From an uncultured Candidatus Saccharibacteria bacterium (lineage in GTDB: Bacteria; Patescibacteriota; Minisyncoccia; Phycocordibacterales; UBA9973), in contig CAYNZJ010000001.1 of NCBI GenBank assembly GCA_964401705.1, positions 3,648-67,647 on the forward strand: 64,000 bases of DNA. Reading direction: 5' to 3'. This document shows positions 18,519-27,919 of the stretch, in pieces. Numbering within the stretch: position 1 is the first letter of the stretch; each line of letters opens with the position of its first letter. The notes below the pieces were generated by a model. The model did not search any database. It was not told where the DNA came from and was given only the letters and a program-made list of their open reading frames with translations. The translations under genes and the position numbers were made by a program.

Positions 18519-19952
18519 ATGTTAGATATAATCGAAAGTCTATTCAAATTAATCTTCGAATTAATAACGGAGATATTCAAGGTTATTTTTAATGTCGCAC
18601 CGGATAAAAAAACCAAACTTGATGCAGGGTTTATGAAGGTAAGCAAATTGCTTTCCAGTTGGAATAAAGGGTTTTGTTTAAATGGAACTAAACATATTGG
18701 AATTAAGGCTAGCCATACATCTTGTCTTGTCCTCGGAGGAAGTGGCTCCGGCAAAACAGTATCAGTCTGTATACCAACGATTTATAATTTAGCCAAACAT
18801 GGACATAGCATTACTGTCCATGACCCATCGTCCGAATTGTATAATAATGTATCTGGCTACCTAGAATACTTAGGCTATTCAATAAAAGTAGTAAATTATT
18901 CAAATCCTAATATTTCAGATGGCTTTAATCCGATGTATCGCCTAAAAAATAGTGCCTCTGAAACACAAAAATTAGCATCGCTATTGGTACGAAATTCAAT
19001 GGGTGAAAATAACAAGGATCCGTTTTGGCAAACACAAGCATCATTACTTATTTATTTGATTATGCGAGTGTTGCAACACAAAAGCCACTGGTATCAAAAT
19101 TTAGCTAATGTAAAGAGGGTTCTGGACAATATGACAACCAAACCGGAAGCAATGGATATTTTAGTTGCGGAATGTAGAGATGAATCAATTTTATCGGAGT
19201 ATAAAAACTTTCTAATATTAGATAAGAAGCTGTATACCAGTATTATAAGTAGTGCAAGAGCCGCTTTATCCATTTTTACGGACCCTTTGGTTCAGACAGT
19301 AACGGCTTACGATAGTATTGATTTTGACTCTTTTCGGAAAGAAAAAACTGCCCTTTTTATTAACAACAAAACCGGAGATATCAAATACTATTCAGCGCTT
19401 TCATCTGTATTTTTTGAGCAGTTTTTTTCAAGTATAATGGATAAACTACCAAGTAAAGAGGATAAAAATATCTTCTTCATTATTGACGAGTCATCCTCGC
19501 TTTATTTACCATCAATGCAAATTGCTTTAAGCAACCTCAGAAAGTACAAGGCTGGAATAATGAATATTGCGCAAGACTTTAATCAGTTCCATATTTACGG
19601 AAGTCAAGAGGCAGAAGCAATTCGGACTAATTCATTTGCTAAAATATATTTCCCAGGACAACCCCTCAATACCGCCCAGGAATTAGAAAAATTACTTGGA
19701 TCTTTTGAATTTGAAGATGAGAAAGGCAATCGAAGAACTAGACCTCTTATGACCATAGATGAGATTCGGGCAATGGAACCGAATACAGCTTTAATTGTTG
19801 CTGGTTCTAATCGCGCAGTATTTACCAAGATGAAACCTTATTTTAAATCCTATAAGTATAAAAACTTATCAAAATACGCATTACCAGAAAGGCAGAGCCA
19901 AATACCCTTTGAAGAACTTCCATTAATACCATTACCAAATAAAATCAAATAA
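18519..19952 (+). CDS. Type IV coupling protein (TraG/VirD4 family)
   Basis: GGSGSGKT, HDPSSE, FNPM, DPFW, FIIDE, LRKY, QD motifs. Confidence 0.9.
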   Translation: MLDIIESLFKLIFELITEIFKVIFNVAPDKKTKLDAGFMKVSKLLSSWNKGFCLNGTKHIGIKASHTSCLVLGGSGSGKTVSVCIPTIYNLAKHGHSITVHDPSSELYNNVSGYLEYLGYSIKVVNYSNPNISDGFNPMYRLKNSASETQKLASLLVRNSMGENNKDPFWQTQASLLIYLIMRVLQHKSHWYQNLANVKRVLDNMTTKPEAMDILVAECRDESILSEYKNFLILDKKLYTSIISSARAALSIFTDPLVQTVTAYDSIDFDSFRKEKTALFINNKTGDIKYYSALSSVFFEQFFSSIMDKLPSKEDKNIFFIIDESSSLYLPSMQIALSNLRKYKAGIMNIAQDFNQFHIYGSQEAEAIRTNSFAKIYFPGQPLNTAQELEKLLGSFEFEDEKGNRRTRPLMTIDEIRAMEPNTALIVAGSNRAVFTKMKPYFKSYKYKNLSKYALPERQSQIPFEELPLIPLPNKIK

Positions 19953-19974
19953 TTCCACCTTTTAAATATTCAAA

Positions 19975-20418
19975 ATGAAAACAACGAAATCAAATATCAA
20001 CAAAGATGATGTTCTAGTTAGAGCATCCTTTGAACTTTTTAATATGAAAGTTAAAGAGACCGAATCTGAACTATCAAAAATTGAAGTTGAACGTAATGAT
20101 ATTATTCAATCCATAACCAACTCAGAAACTGGAATAGCTAGTGACATTGAACGGTCACGACTTGATGAATTATCTGAGCGGGAAGCAACCCTTCATGAAA
20201 AATGGAATGACCTTGAACTGTCCTATCAAGTTGGTAGTCTGAGTGAATCTATTCAACAAGAAGACCAACAACCCACTAATGAAATAGAAGATCAATGGTT
20301 TGAAGATTCCAAATCTGAATATACTGAATCAGAAATTGAAGAGACAATGGATGAATTGAACGAAATAAGAGATGCTCAGTTATCGCAAGAACATGAACTG
20401 GATATGCCAGATTTTTAA
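19975..20418 (+). CDS. Acidic coiled-coil hypothetical protein
   Basis: 147 aa ORF between the coupling protein and mobC. Confidence 0.6.
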   Translation: MKTTKSNINKDDVLVRASFELFNMKVKETESELSKIEVERNDIIQSITNSETGIASDIERSRLDELSEREATLHEKWNDLELSYQVGSLSESIQQEDQQPTNEIEDQWFEDSKSEYTESEIEETMDELNEIRDAQLSQEHELDMPDF

Positions 20419-20433
20419 TTTTTACAACACTCA

Positions 20434-20880
20434 ATGAAAAAAATCCGAAGCACAGAACTCTTTAAATTCCTTCAGTTGAAGGGGGTTCTTGGTGGTTCGG
20501 ATATCGAAATTAAAAATGCTAAACATCAATATCGGGCAGAGTACAAACGGAAATGGAAACAAGCTCGCCTAAAGATTAAACCAGAACTTAGACCAAACTT
20601 CACAAAAAAAGAAATCGAATCCATCTCAAAAGCTGCCAAAGTTAGAGGCCTTACAAGTACAAACTTTGTTCGACAGTCTGCGCTTAGTCTTGCCTCAAAC
20701 AAAACCCTAATTCCAAATCAGGATAAACTATTAACCATTTTACAGAAATTAAGTATGGCCGGTATAAAAATCTCTAACAAAAAAGGTAACCCATTTTACG
20801 ACCCAGAAGTTAAAGAAGCCGACGACCTGCTTCAAGAAACTGAGAAATTATTGATGGCATACTTAGGTTATGATTATTAA
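20434..20880 (+). CDS. MobC-like relaxosome accessory protein
   Basis: RHH-like FTKKEIESISKAAKVRGLTSTNFVRQSAL; overlaps the relaxase start. Confidence 0.6.
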   Translation: MKKIRSTELFKFLQLKGVLGGSDIEIKNAKHQYRAEYKRKWKQARLKIKPELRPNFTKKEIESISKAAKVRGLTSTNFVRQSALSLASNKTLIPNQDKLLTILQKLSMAGIKISNKKGNPFYDPEVKEADDLLQETEKLLMAYLGYDY

Positions 20881-21760
20881 GTTATTGTCTCGCCATAGTC
20901 CTTCTTACGGGGGATTGATAGACTATTTACTCAAAGAAGGAAAAGGTGGAGATGACAAAACCCCTGAACCGCTACTTCATAATTTCCGAGGAACCAATAA
21001 AAATGAATGGGTAAAAGAGCTCTGTCAAAACGAAGCCTTTCGAAAAAACCCTCGAAAAGGTCAAATATACTTCCAACACGCTATCCTATCATTTAATAAT
21101 CTTGATTCACAAAACTTAACACCGGAGATATTAAAAGATCTGACTCAAAAATTTATTGAATTAAGAGGAAAGGATGGGATGTATCTAACTGCCCAGCACA
21201 ATGACCGAGATCATCTTCATATACATTGCCTAATTTCAGGACTTAAATTCAAAACTGGAAAGGCTTTTCGCTTGCCAAAAGACAAACTGAAAGACTTGAA
21301 AGTTCAACTTCAGAACTACCAAATAGAGAAATATCCCGAACTCAAAAATTCATTACCAAACCATGGATCTGGAAAAGAATATCTTACACCAAATGAATAT
21401 GGTGCTAAAATTAAAAACTCTAAATCCTATAAAAAATCTGAGCTAGCTCTAAAAATTAATGAGATTCTCAACACTTCAAGCACACAAGAAAATTTCCTTG
21501 AAAAGCTACGAGAGCAAGGCTACCACCATTATGAAAGAGGAGGCAAGATTTATGGAATTACGCTTGATGATAAAAATTACCGGTTTAACACTTTGGGGGT
21601 TAGCTTGGACAAAATGAATTCTTTGCCAAATGATCTAACTCAAGAAGAACAGGCATTGAAGGAAATAAGTGAGTTACGTCAACAGATGGAAACTAAAAAG
21701 GAAATCGAAACCGAACAAGACATTCCCGACGGGGATGAACCACCTTTACCCAATTTATAA
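20870..21760 (+). CDS. Relaxase (MOBP/VirD2-like)
   Basis: N-terminal LIDYL tyrosine, HAILSF, and HNDRDHLHIH HUH motif. Confidence 0.88.
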   Translation: MIIKLLSRHSPSYGGLIDYLLKEGKGGDDKTPEPLLHNFRGTNKNEWVKELCQNEAFRKNPRKGQIYFQHAILSFNNLDSQNLTPEILKDLTQKFIELRGKDGMYLTAQHNDRDHLHIHCLISGLKFKTGKAFRLPKDKLKDLKVQLQNYQIEKYPELKNSLPNHGSGKEYLTPNEYGAKIKNSKSYKKSELALKINEILNTSSTQENFLEKLREQGYHHYERGGKIYGITLDDKNYRFNTLGVSLDKMNSLPNDLTQEEQALKEISELRQQMETKKEIETEQDIPDGDEPPLPNL

Positions 21761-21762
21761 AA

Positions 21763-21870
21763 AAGGGGAATCGAAAGGGTCTCCCTTCGCAAGATCACAT
21801 GACCATTGGTCTGTAAGAATTACAGTCGACCGAGGGTCATGTTATCTTGCCAACTGCGCGTTGGGGCGTT
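21763..21870. other. Putative oriT
   Basis: 16-bp imperfect inverted repeat at 21789-21804 / 21835-21850 ending in TATCTTGC, similar to the IncP nic TATCCTG^C. Confidence 0.55.
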
Positions 21871-21923
21871 TTAAACACTTGACAATGAAAGATATAGAGC
21901 GTAGTGTAAATAAAAACAATAAA

Positions 21924-22316
21924 ATGAAAAAGAGCAATTTATCAAAATTTTTAGTTTTGCTGACAGTTATTACGGCTATAACGTCGGGGTATTTTATAGG
22001 AGTACACAAATGCAAACAAGACATCGTAGAACATCTACCACTATCGATTCCACGAAAAATTAGAATTCGAACCTATGAAACAGTAAAAAACCTAAATGCC
22101 GATTCAATTATAAAGCCGTTTTTTGAAAGCTTTGAGTATCGCGAAGTTAATGTTAATTTATCCGGTGTTTTGTTACCAGGAAAGTATACTGGCTTGGTTA
22201 GATTTAAATCAGAATTAGGCACTAGTCAATGGTATGCAATAGATGCTTTTGCTTTAGATTTATCAACATTTATTGATACTTCTAAGATTGAAGTTATTGA
22301 CGGATATATTCCATAA
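21924..22316 (+). CDS. Hypothetical membrane-anchored protein
   Basis: N-terminal TM helix; terminator at about 22338-22362. Confidence 0.5.
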   Translation: MKKSNLSKFLVLLTVITAITSGYFIGVHKCKQDIVEHLPLSIPRKIRIRTYETVKNLNADSIIKPFFESFEYREVNVNLSGVLLPGKYTGLVRFKSELGTSQWYAIDAFALDLSTFIDTSKIEVIDGYIP

Positions 22317-22379
22317 TTAACACATCAAAAAATAAATTAAGGGAGATTTCACTCCCTTTTTTATATTTGTACAGACCAA

Positions 22380-22631
22380 ATGCCTAAAAATCAAAAGCCA
22401 AATCAACCTAAATCAAATGAATTAGATAAAAAATCTGAAGTATCACCGAAAGAGAAGAAGGTAGAATTTTGGACATTTATCAGAGAACATCAGTTAATAC
22501 CTGCTGCAATTGGAGCAGTATTAGCAATAATAGGTATTATTTGTACTTGGTATCTTTGGAAAAGACACCTCTGTATCAGACATTACAATTCAAATGATAA
22601 TCGCATACCATCAAGGTATGGAATCAATTGA
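22380..22631 (+). pseudogene. Probable gene remnant fused to the xer fragment
   Basis: TATATTTG upstream and one TM helix, then out-of-frame read-through into xer sequence. Confidence 0.35.
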
Positions 22632-23340
22632 AAACTATAGCAAAGGCACCATCGCTTATTCATGCCGTATCATAAAAAACTTTTTCGAGTATATCTCGGA
22701 TTGTAATATTGAATGCCTAAATCCAAAACAAATCCGGTCACTAAAATACGTTCAACCGGATAAAGATATAATGACTTCAAGTCTTTTAAAAAGAATGGAC
22801 AATGAATTGAATGAACAATTTTATGAAGACCTAATCATAAAGTTGATGGTTCATATTCTATACGATACTGGTATGCGTGTATCTGAACTTTGTGATTTGG
22901 ATATTTCAAATCTTGAAGAAACAGATACGCCAGGCTTGCGCTGTGCAACCATTCGACGTCGCAAAAGTTTGCGATACAACACGGTTGTATGGGGAAAGGA
23001 AACAAACCGCTTGATGAATCTTTATTTAGGATTAAGGTTATGTTTGGATGTAAATCAAACAGACGCCTTATTTGTAAATAGGAAATCAAAAGGGAACAGG
23101 ATAACGACTAGAACCGTTCAACGATGGATAAAGGAAATTTGCATGCGAGCAAATATTCAAGAGAATATAACACCGCATAGTTTTAGGCATGGTAAAGCCC
23201 ATCAGGTTTTAAACCAGAGTGGTAATGTTAGAGATGTGCAAGCAATCTTAGGCCATGTAAATCCGGCTTCATCATTTAGTTATCTTTCGTTAAACCGTCA
23301 AAGTCAGATATCCGTGTCAGGGAAGTACTTGCCTTCTTAA
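22555..23340 (+). CDS. XerC/D-like tyrosine recombinase, 5'-truncated
   Basis: TGMRVSEL, RRRK, ITPHSFRH, LGH, Y; the core-binding domain continues upstream of ATG 22594 only to an in-frame stop at 22531. Confidence 0.8.
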   Translation, partial: FGKDTSVSDITIQMIIAYHQGMESIENYSKGTIAYSCRIIKNFFEYISDCNIECLNPKQIRSLKYVQPDKDIMTSSLLKRMDNELNEQFYEDLIIKLMVHILYDTGMRVSELCDLDISNLEETDTPGLRCATIRRRKSLRYNTVVWGKETNRLMNLYLGLRLCLDVNQTDALFVNRKSKGNRITTRTVQRWIKEICMRANIQENITPHSFRHGKAHQVLNQSGNVRDVQAILGHVNPASSFSYLSLNRQSQISVSGKYLPS

Positions 23341-23530
23341 AATACTTGCAAAGAATATTATGTGGTTATATAATATTATCAAGCACTTAGATCTTATGAA
23401 ATTTACAAGCTTCATTCACTTATTAATCTAAAAACTGATTGGGTTAATAAATGATAATGAAGTTGGTAGCGATAGCATTAGGGAAGAGATAGTAAGACCA
23501 GTTATATGGCTTATTATTTTTTACTTCACT

Positions 23531-23558
23531 GTGTCGCACAACATAGATTTTGCGACAT
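23531..23558. repeat. attR, dif-like 11-6-11 palindrome
   Basis: GTGTCGCACAA-CATAGA-TTTTGCGACAT. Confidence 0.75.
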
Positions 23559-23595
23559 ATATATAATACTAATATATAATAAAGCTTTTAAATCT

Positions 23596-25428
23596 TTAAC
23601 TAAAGAATGTCTGGTGCCATAATACCAGCATATATATTGCAAATAGTTTCCTTGATCTATCTGCTATTCCATTATTATGATCATTGATTAATTTTTCAAT
23701 TTCTGATTTTGGTAAATATTCTTCTATAAATTTATTATCCATTAATAAATTACTAAACTTATCCATATCTTCTTTCATCCAATTCCTTAGTGCTGTTGGA
23801 AACCCTAATTTACGGGCTTTATTCACCTTGTTTGGTATAAGGCCTTTAAATGCCTCTCTAAGCGCATATTTAGTCGTACTATGAGCAAACTTAAGCTTGT
23901 CGGGCAATTTAGAGCTGTAGGTAGATACCCTTATATCAAGAAATGGAACCCGAAGTTCTAATGAATGTGCCATGGTCATTTTGTCAGCTTTGGCTAAAAT
24001 GTCACCACGAAGCCAAGTATGGATATCAATGTATTGCATTTGAGTTGGCTCGGAATAATTTTGGATTTTATTATAAATACTTTCAATATCAAAATAATTT
24101 TCAACTTTTGGTCCAACCCAAATTTTATTGATTTCATTTTTTGTATACAAAGTTGCATTACCAATGTAACGATTTTTTAGTGGAGTAAAGTATCGTTGTA
24201 AATAATTTTTACCAAAGAACTTTTTATCACTAAATGCCCAGCGTCGCAAAATATTTTCTCTTATAAATTTAGGAATTATATTTAATTTCATTCGGTCATA
24301 GTATTCGTGGTAGATAGTATAACCACCAAAGAATTCATCCGCACCTTCGCCAGAGAGAACCACGGTTACATATTTACGGGCTTCCCCTGCCATTAAGTAT
24401 AGCAGTATTGCTGATGGATCCGCGACTGGTTCATCAAAATGATATACAGCTTTAGCTAGTGCATTTATATATTCATCTTTATTAACTATTTGCTGATGAT
24501 GAATACTTTTTATTTTTTCTACTGTTTGGTTTGCTGATTCGAATTCGTTTACTTGTTCCCCACCTATTGTAAAAGTATGAATTGGTTTGTGTAAATGGTT
24601 TGTTAAAAGTGTTGCATTGATACTACTGTCTACTCCACCAGATAAAAATGATCCGACTGCCACATCAGCTATTGCATGGTGGGCTACAGAATCTTTGAGT
24701 AATGTTTTGATTTCATTTTTAGCTTTACTAATTTTTAAACTCTCATCATTTTTAAATTCAAATTCAAAATATTTATTAATAGTAAATGAACAATCATCTA
24801 AATTAACATTCATTACGTGACCTGGAGTTAAAGTAAAAATATTTTTAAAAAAAGTTTCATTCAAAGGATTATATTGGTACTGCAAATAATGATAGATTGC
24901 ATCATTATTTATATTCTTTTCATAACGAGCATCTTCTAATATTGATTTTATTTCAGAGCCAAAAGAAAATATTTTATTATCTTGGCTATAATAATAAAAT
25001 GGTTTGATTCCAAAATGATCCCGTGCAATAAATAATTTATTTTTAACTGTATCGTATATACAAAATGCAAACATTCCGCGTAAATATTTAGGAGTACTTG
25101 ATCCAAAAACTTCGTACATTGCTAAGATTGTTTCTGTGTCAGAATGAGTTTTGAATTCATAACTATTTAAAAATTCACTGCGAAGTTCCTTATAGTTATA
25201 TATTTCACCATTAAAGAAAATACATTTGGTTTTGTTATGGTTCCATATTGGCTGGTCCCCACCGGCAATATCAATAATCGCCAGCCGGCGCATAGCCAGA
25301 CCCACATTATCATCAGCATACAAACCAGCACCATCCGGCCCACGATGAAATATCGCGTCATTCATACGACTAACAACATTTGTATTTTCATCAGTACCTT
25401 TACCAATATAACCAACTATTCCACACAT
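23596..25428 (-). CDS. asnB: Asparagine synthase (glutamine-hydrolyzing)
   Basis: MCGIVG, HRGPD, NGEIYN, LSGGVDSS, SGEGADE. Confidence 0.95.
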   Translation of the reverse strand: MCGIVGYIGKGTDENTNVVSRMNDAIFHRGPDGAGLYADDNVGLAMRRLAIIDIAGGDQPIWNHNKTKCIFFNGEIYNYKELRSEFLNSYEFKTHSDTETILAMYEVFGSSTPKYLRGMFAFCIYDTVKNKLFIARDHFGIKPFYYYSQDNKIFSFGSEIKSILEDARYEKNINNDAIYHYLQYQYNPLNETFFKNIFTLTPGHVMNVNLDDCSFTINKYFEFEFKNDESLKISKAKNEIKTLLKDSVAHHAIADVAVGSFLSGGVDSSINATLLTNHLHKPIHTFTIGGEQVNEFESANQTVEKIKSIHHQQIVNKDEYINALAKAVYHFDEPVADPSAILLYLMAGEARKYVTVVLSGEGADEFFGGYTIYHEYYDRMKLNIIPKFIRENILRRWAFSDKKFFGKNYLQRYFTPLKNRYIGNATLYTKNEINKIWVGPKVENYFDIESIYNKIQNYSEPTQMQYIDIHTWLRGDILAKADKMTMAHSLELRVPFLDIRVSTYSSKLPDKLKFAHSTTKYALREAFKGLIPNKVNKARKLGFPTALRNWMKEDMDKFSNLLMDNKFIEEYLPKSEIEKLINDHNNGIADRSRKLFAIYMLVLWHQTFFS

Positions 25429-25430
25429 AA

Positions 25431-26882
25431 TTAAAGTCGACTTAATGTTTCAGTTTTTCCCAATACAAATGCACTAGTAAATGGGTCTGGAGATTTGGCG
25501 AGCCCAGTTAAAGCTACGCGCATAGCCCACAGTACATCCCCACGGCCATTCTGGTCAGCATAAGGCATGATTTTACCTTTGATAAATTCCATATCCCAAT
25601 TTAACTCATCAATTCCAGATAAAATATCTTTAACCCCTTGTAAAAATTCTTCTACCTTCTCCCCTGCTGTATTCCCCAATTTTGTTTTAGGAGAAATTAA
25701 TAAAGATTTTTCATAAACAGGAGTTGTAAAGAAAAAGTCTAATTCCCCACCAGCTATAAACAAATCTTTTACATCACCTAGTTTATCAATATGGTCACGA
25801 ATAATGTAAATTATTTTATTTAAAATTTCAGGATTTTGTTTAACATGGTCTGGTAAAAAACCAGAAATCCTTTTTATAAATTCAGCATCAGATAATCTTT
25901 TGATATGTTCACGGTTATACCAATTTAGTTTAACATCATCAAATTGCGCACCACCTTTTTGTAATCGTGTAATATCAAATGCATTAATTAATTCATCATG
26001 AGACATAATTTCAACTTCACCACCTGGGTTCCATCCCAAGAATGCTAAAAAGTTAAACAATGCTTCAGGTAAATAACCTTCTTCACGATAATCTAGTATA
26101 TCTTTAGCGCCGTCTCTTTTACCCAGCTTTTTCTTACCACAATCAGCCATAATATGTGGAAGTGATACAAATATTGGCGGTATTGCACCCAATGCATCAT
26201 ATAAAGATAAATATTTAGGTGTAGAAGAAACAAATTCTTGCCCCCGCATAACATGCGTTACGCCCATTTCAATGTCATCAATAACATGTGCAAAATTATA
26301 AGTTGGGTAGCCATCAGCTTTGATTAAAACAAAATCATCTAGTGCCTCTGTTCCAGCAGAAAGTTCACCATAAACAATATCATTCCAAACGTATCTTTTT
26401 ATATCTTTAACACGAAACCGTAATGTTTGCCCAACACCCGTCCAAGGAATGTTGGTTTCTAATGCTCTATGTTCACGATATAAAAATGGAACTTTATTTT
26501 TATCAGCTTCTTGGCGAAGTAATTCAATTTCTTCTTCGGTATGAGGGTCAACATAAGCATAACCTGCATCAATTAATTTTTGAGCATATTTATTATAAAT
26601 TTCTAGCCGATCAGATTGTTTATATGGAGCATATGGTCCACCATTGTCGGGGCCTTGGTCCCAATCAATACCCAACCATTTCAAAGACTCCATGATATGT
26701 TCTATTGATCCATCAACTTCACGGGCTTTGTCGGTATCTTCGATACGCAAGATAAAAGTCCCGTTATTTTTCTTAGCCCAAAGGTATGAAAATAGTGCAG
26801 TTCTAACACCCCCAACATGCATAAAACCTGTTGGGCTCGGCGCAAATCTTGTTATAATTTTTTTATTCTCACCAAGTATCAT
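25431..26882 (-). CDS. gltX: Glutamate--tRNA ligase
   Basis: TRFAPSPTGFMHVG, LRIEDTD, KLGKR. Confidence 0.96.
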   Translation of the reverse strand: MILGENKKIITRFAPSPTGFMHVGGVRTALFSYLWAKKNNGTFILRIEDTDKAREVDGSIEHIMESLKWLGIDWDQGPDNGGPYAPYKQSDRLEIYNKYAQKLIDAGYAYVDPHTEEEIELLRQEADKNKVPFLYREHRALETNIPWTGVGQTLRFRVKDIKRYVWNDIVYGELSAGTEALDDFVLIKADGYPTYNFAHVIDDIEMGVTHVMRGQEFVSSTPKYLSLYDALGAIPPIFVSLPHIMADCGKKKLGKRDGAKDILDYREEGYLPEALFNFLAFLGWNPGGEVEIMSHDELINAFDITRLQKGGAQFDDVKLNWYNREHIKRLSDAEFIKRISGFLPDHVKQNPEILNKIIYIIRDHIDKLGDVKDLFIAGGELDFFFTTPVYEKSLLISPKTKLGNTAGEKVEEFLQGVKDILSGIDELNWDMEFIKGKIMPYADQNGRGDVLWAMRVALTGLAKSPDPFTSAFVLGKTETLSRL

Positions 26883-26891
26883 ATATTAATA

Positions 26892-27248
26892 TTATTTATC
26901 TTCACGAATCTTTTTCATTTCTTCTGTAAGCTTTATAAGATTATCTTCGGTACTATCTTCAAGGTCGATAAAATCATTTCGGGCTGCTTTAACAGATCTT
27001 ATAAGTTCATCTAATTTTAAATGTACGGCTTTGGCATCTCGGTTTTGCATATTTTGAATTAAAAAAACCATCAAAAATGTAACAATCGTTGTCCCAGTAT
27101 TAATCACTAATTGCCAAGTATCTGAAAAATTAAACATTGGACCAGTTATAAACCAAGCTACAATTATTAAAACTGCTAATATAAAAGCCCATGGGCTACC
27201 GGCATTTTCACCGACTTTATGAGATATTTTATGGAAAAATTCATTCAT
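26892..27248 (-). CDS. Low-affinity iron permease family protein
   Basis: FSDTWQLVINTGTTIVTFLMVFLIQNMQNRD...KLDELI. Confidence 0.88.
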   Translation of the reverse strand: MNEFFHKISHKVGENAGSPWAFILAVLIIVAWFITGPMFNFSDTWQLVINTGTTIVTFLMVFLIQNMQNRDAKAVHLKLDELIRSVKAARNDFIDLEDSTEDNLIKLTEEMKKIREDK

Positions 27249-27421
27249 GAATCTATTGTATCATACAAAGGGCTTTTAATACAATGGTTTTTAAAAGCTT
27301 AATTCTTTATATTTTGACACAAATCACCTATTGTTGTATAACCTTGATTTATTTCTATTATTATGATACTATTTAATACAAATCAAATAAATTTCACTAT
27401 TTTTAACCCCCCCAAAAAAAC

Positions 27422-27778
27422 ATGGCAATTTTTTTAAAAAAACCAGAATCAGTATTAAGACAACTGGATATCATGGAAAGTAATTTACTTAATATGGTAT
27501 CAAATGTAAGGCTTTATGGTTTTCGTGTTAAAAACCATAGCGATTTTATTAACATAAAGAAAAATTACCAATTTATTTTGGGTAATTTAAAAAAATTAGA
27601 ATCAGACTCTATTAAGGAAACTTTTCCTATTGAGGAAACCTTAAAATCAATAAAAGACTTGATTTCTGAAATAGAAAAAGGTTGTGATGTGTCTTTTTTT
27701 AAAAAAGAAGAAGCCCCAATAATGTTTTATTACATTCCTTCGTTCCCTGAAACAAAAAGTTTTGCTTTTTTTAATTAG
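27422..27778 (+). CDS. Hypothetical protein
   Basis: 118 aa orphan ORF with a structured 3' region. Confidence 0.5.
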   Translation: MAIFLKKPESVLRQLDIMESNLLNMVSNVRLYGFRVKNHSDFINIKKNYQFILGNLKKLESDSIKETFPIEETLKSIKDLISEIEKGCDVSFFKKEEAPIMFYYIPSFPETKSFAFFN

Positions 27779-27919
27779 GCTCCCCACATTTCACCGCGAA
27801 TAAGCATGTATTCCATTCATACATGCCCCTTCCTCCTCAGCCATAAGACTTAAATAGTCAAGGCTGGGGAGTTTTTTATTGTCTATAAAATTTAAATGTT
27901 ATTATGCTATAATAAACCA

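Larger units (their letters stand above)
6975..23558. mobile_element. Integrated mobilizable element / genomic island at a dif-like site
   Basis: 14-bp direct repeat TGTCGCACAACATA at 6976-6989 and 23532-23545; integrase, excisionase, relaxase, coupling protein, ArdC and Xer-like genes inside; core genes outside. Confidence 0.85.

Noticed and set aside
21669-21923. N-terminal extension of ORF 21669-22316
   Set aside because: It overlaps the relaxase end and oriT; ATG 21924 before the TM helix is the more plausible start
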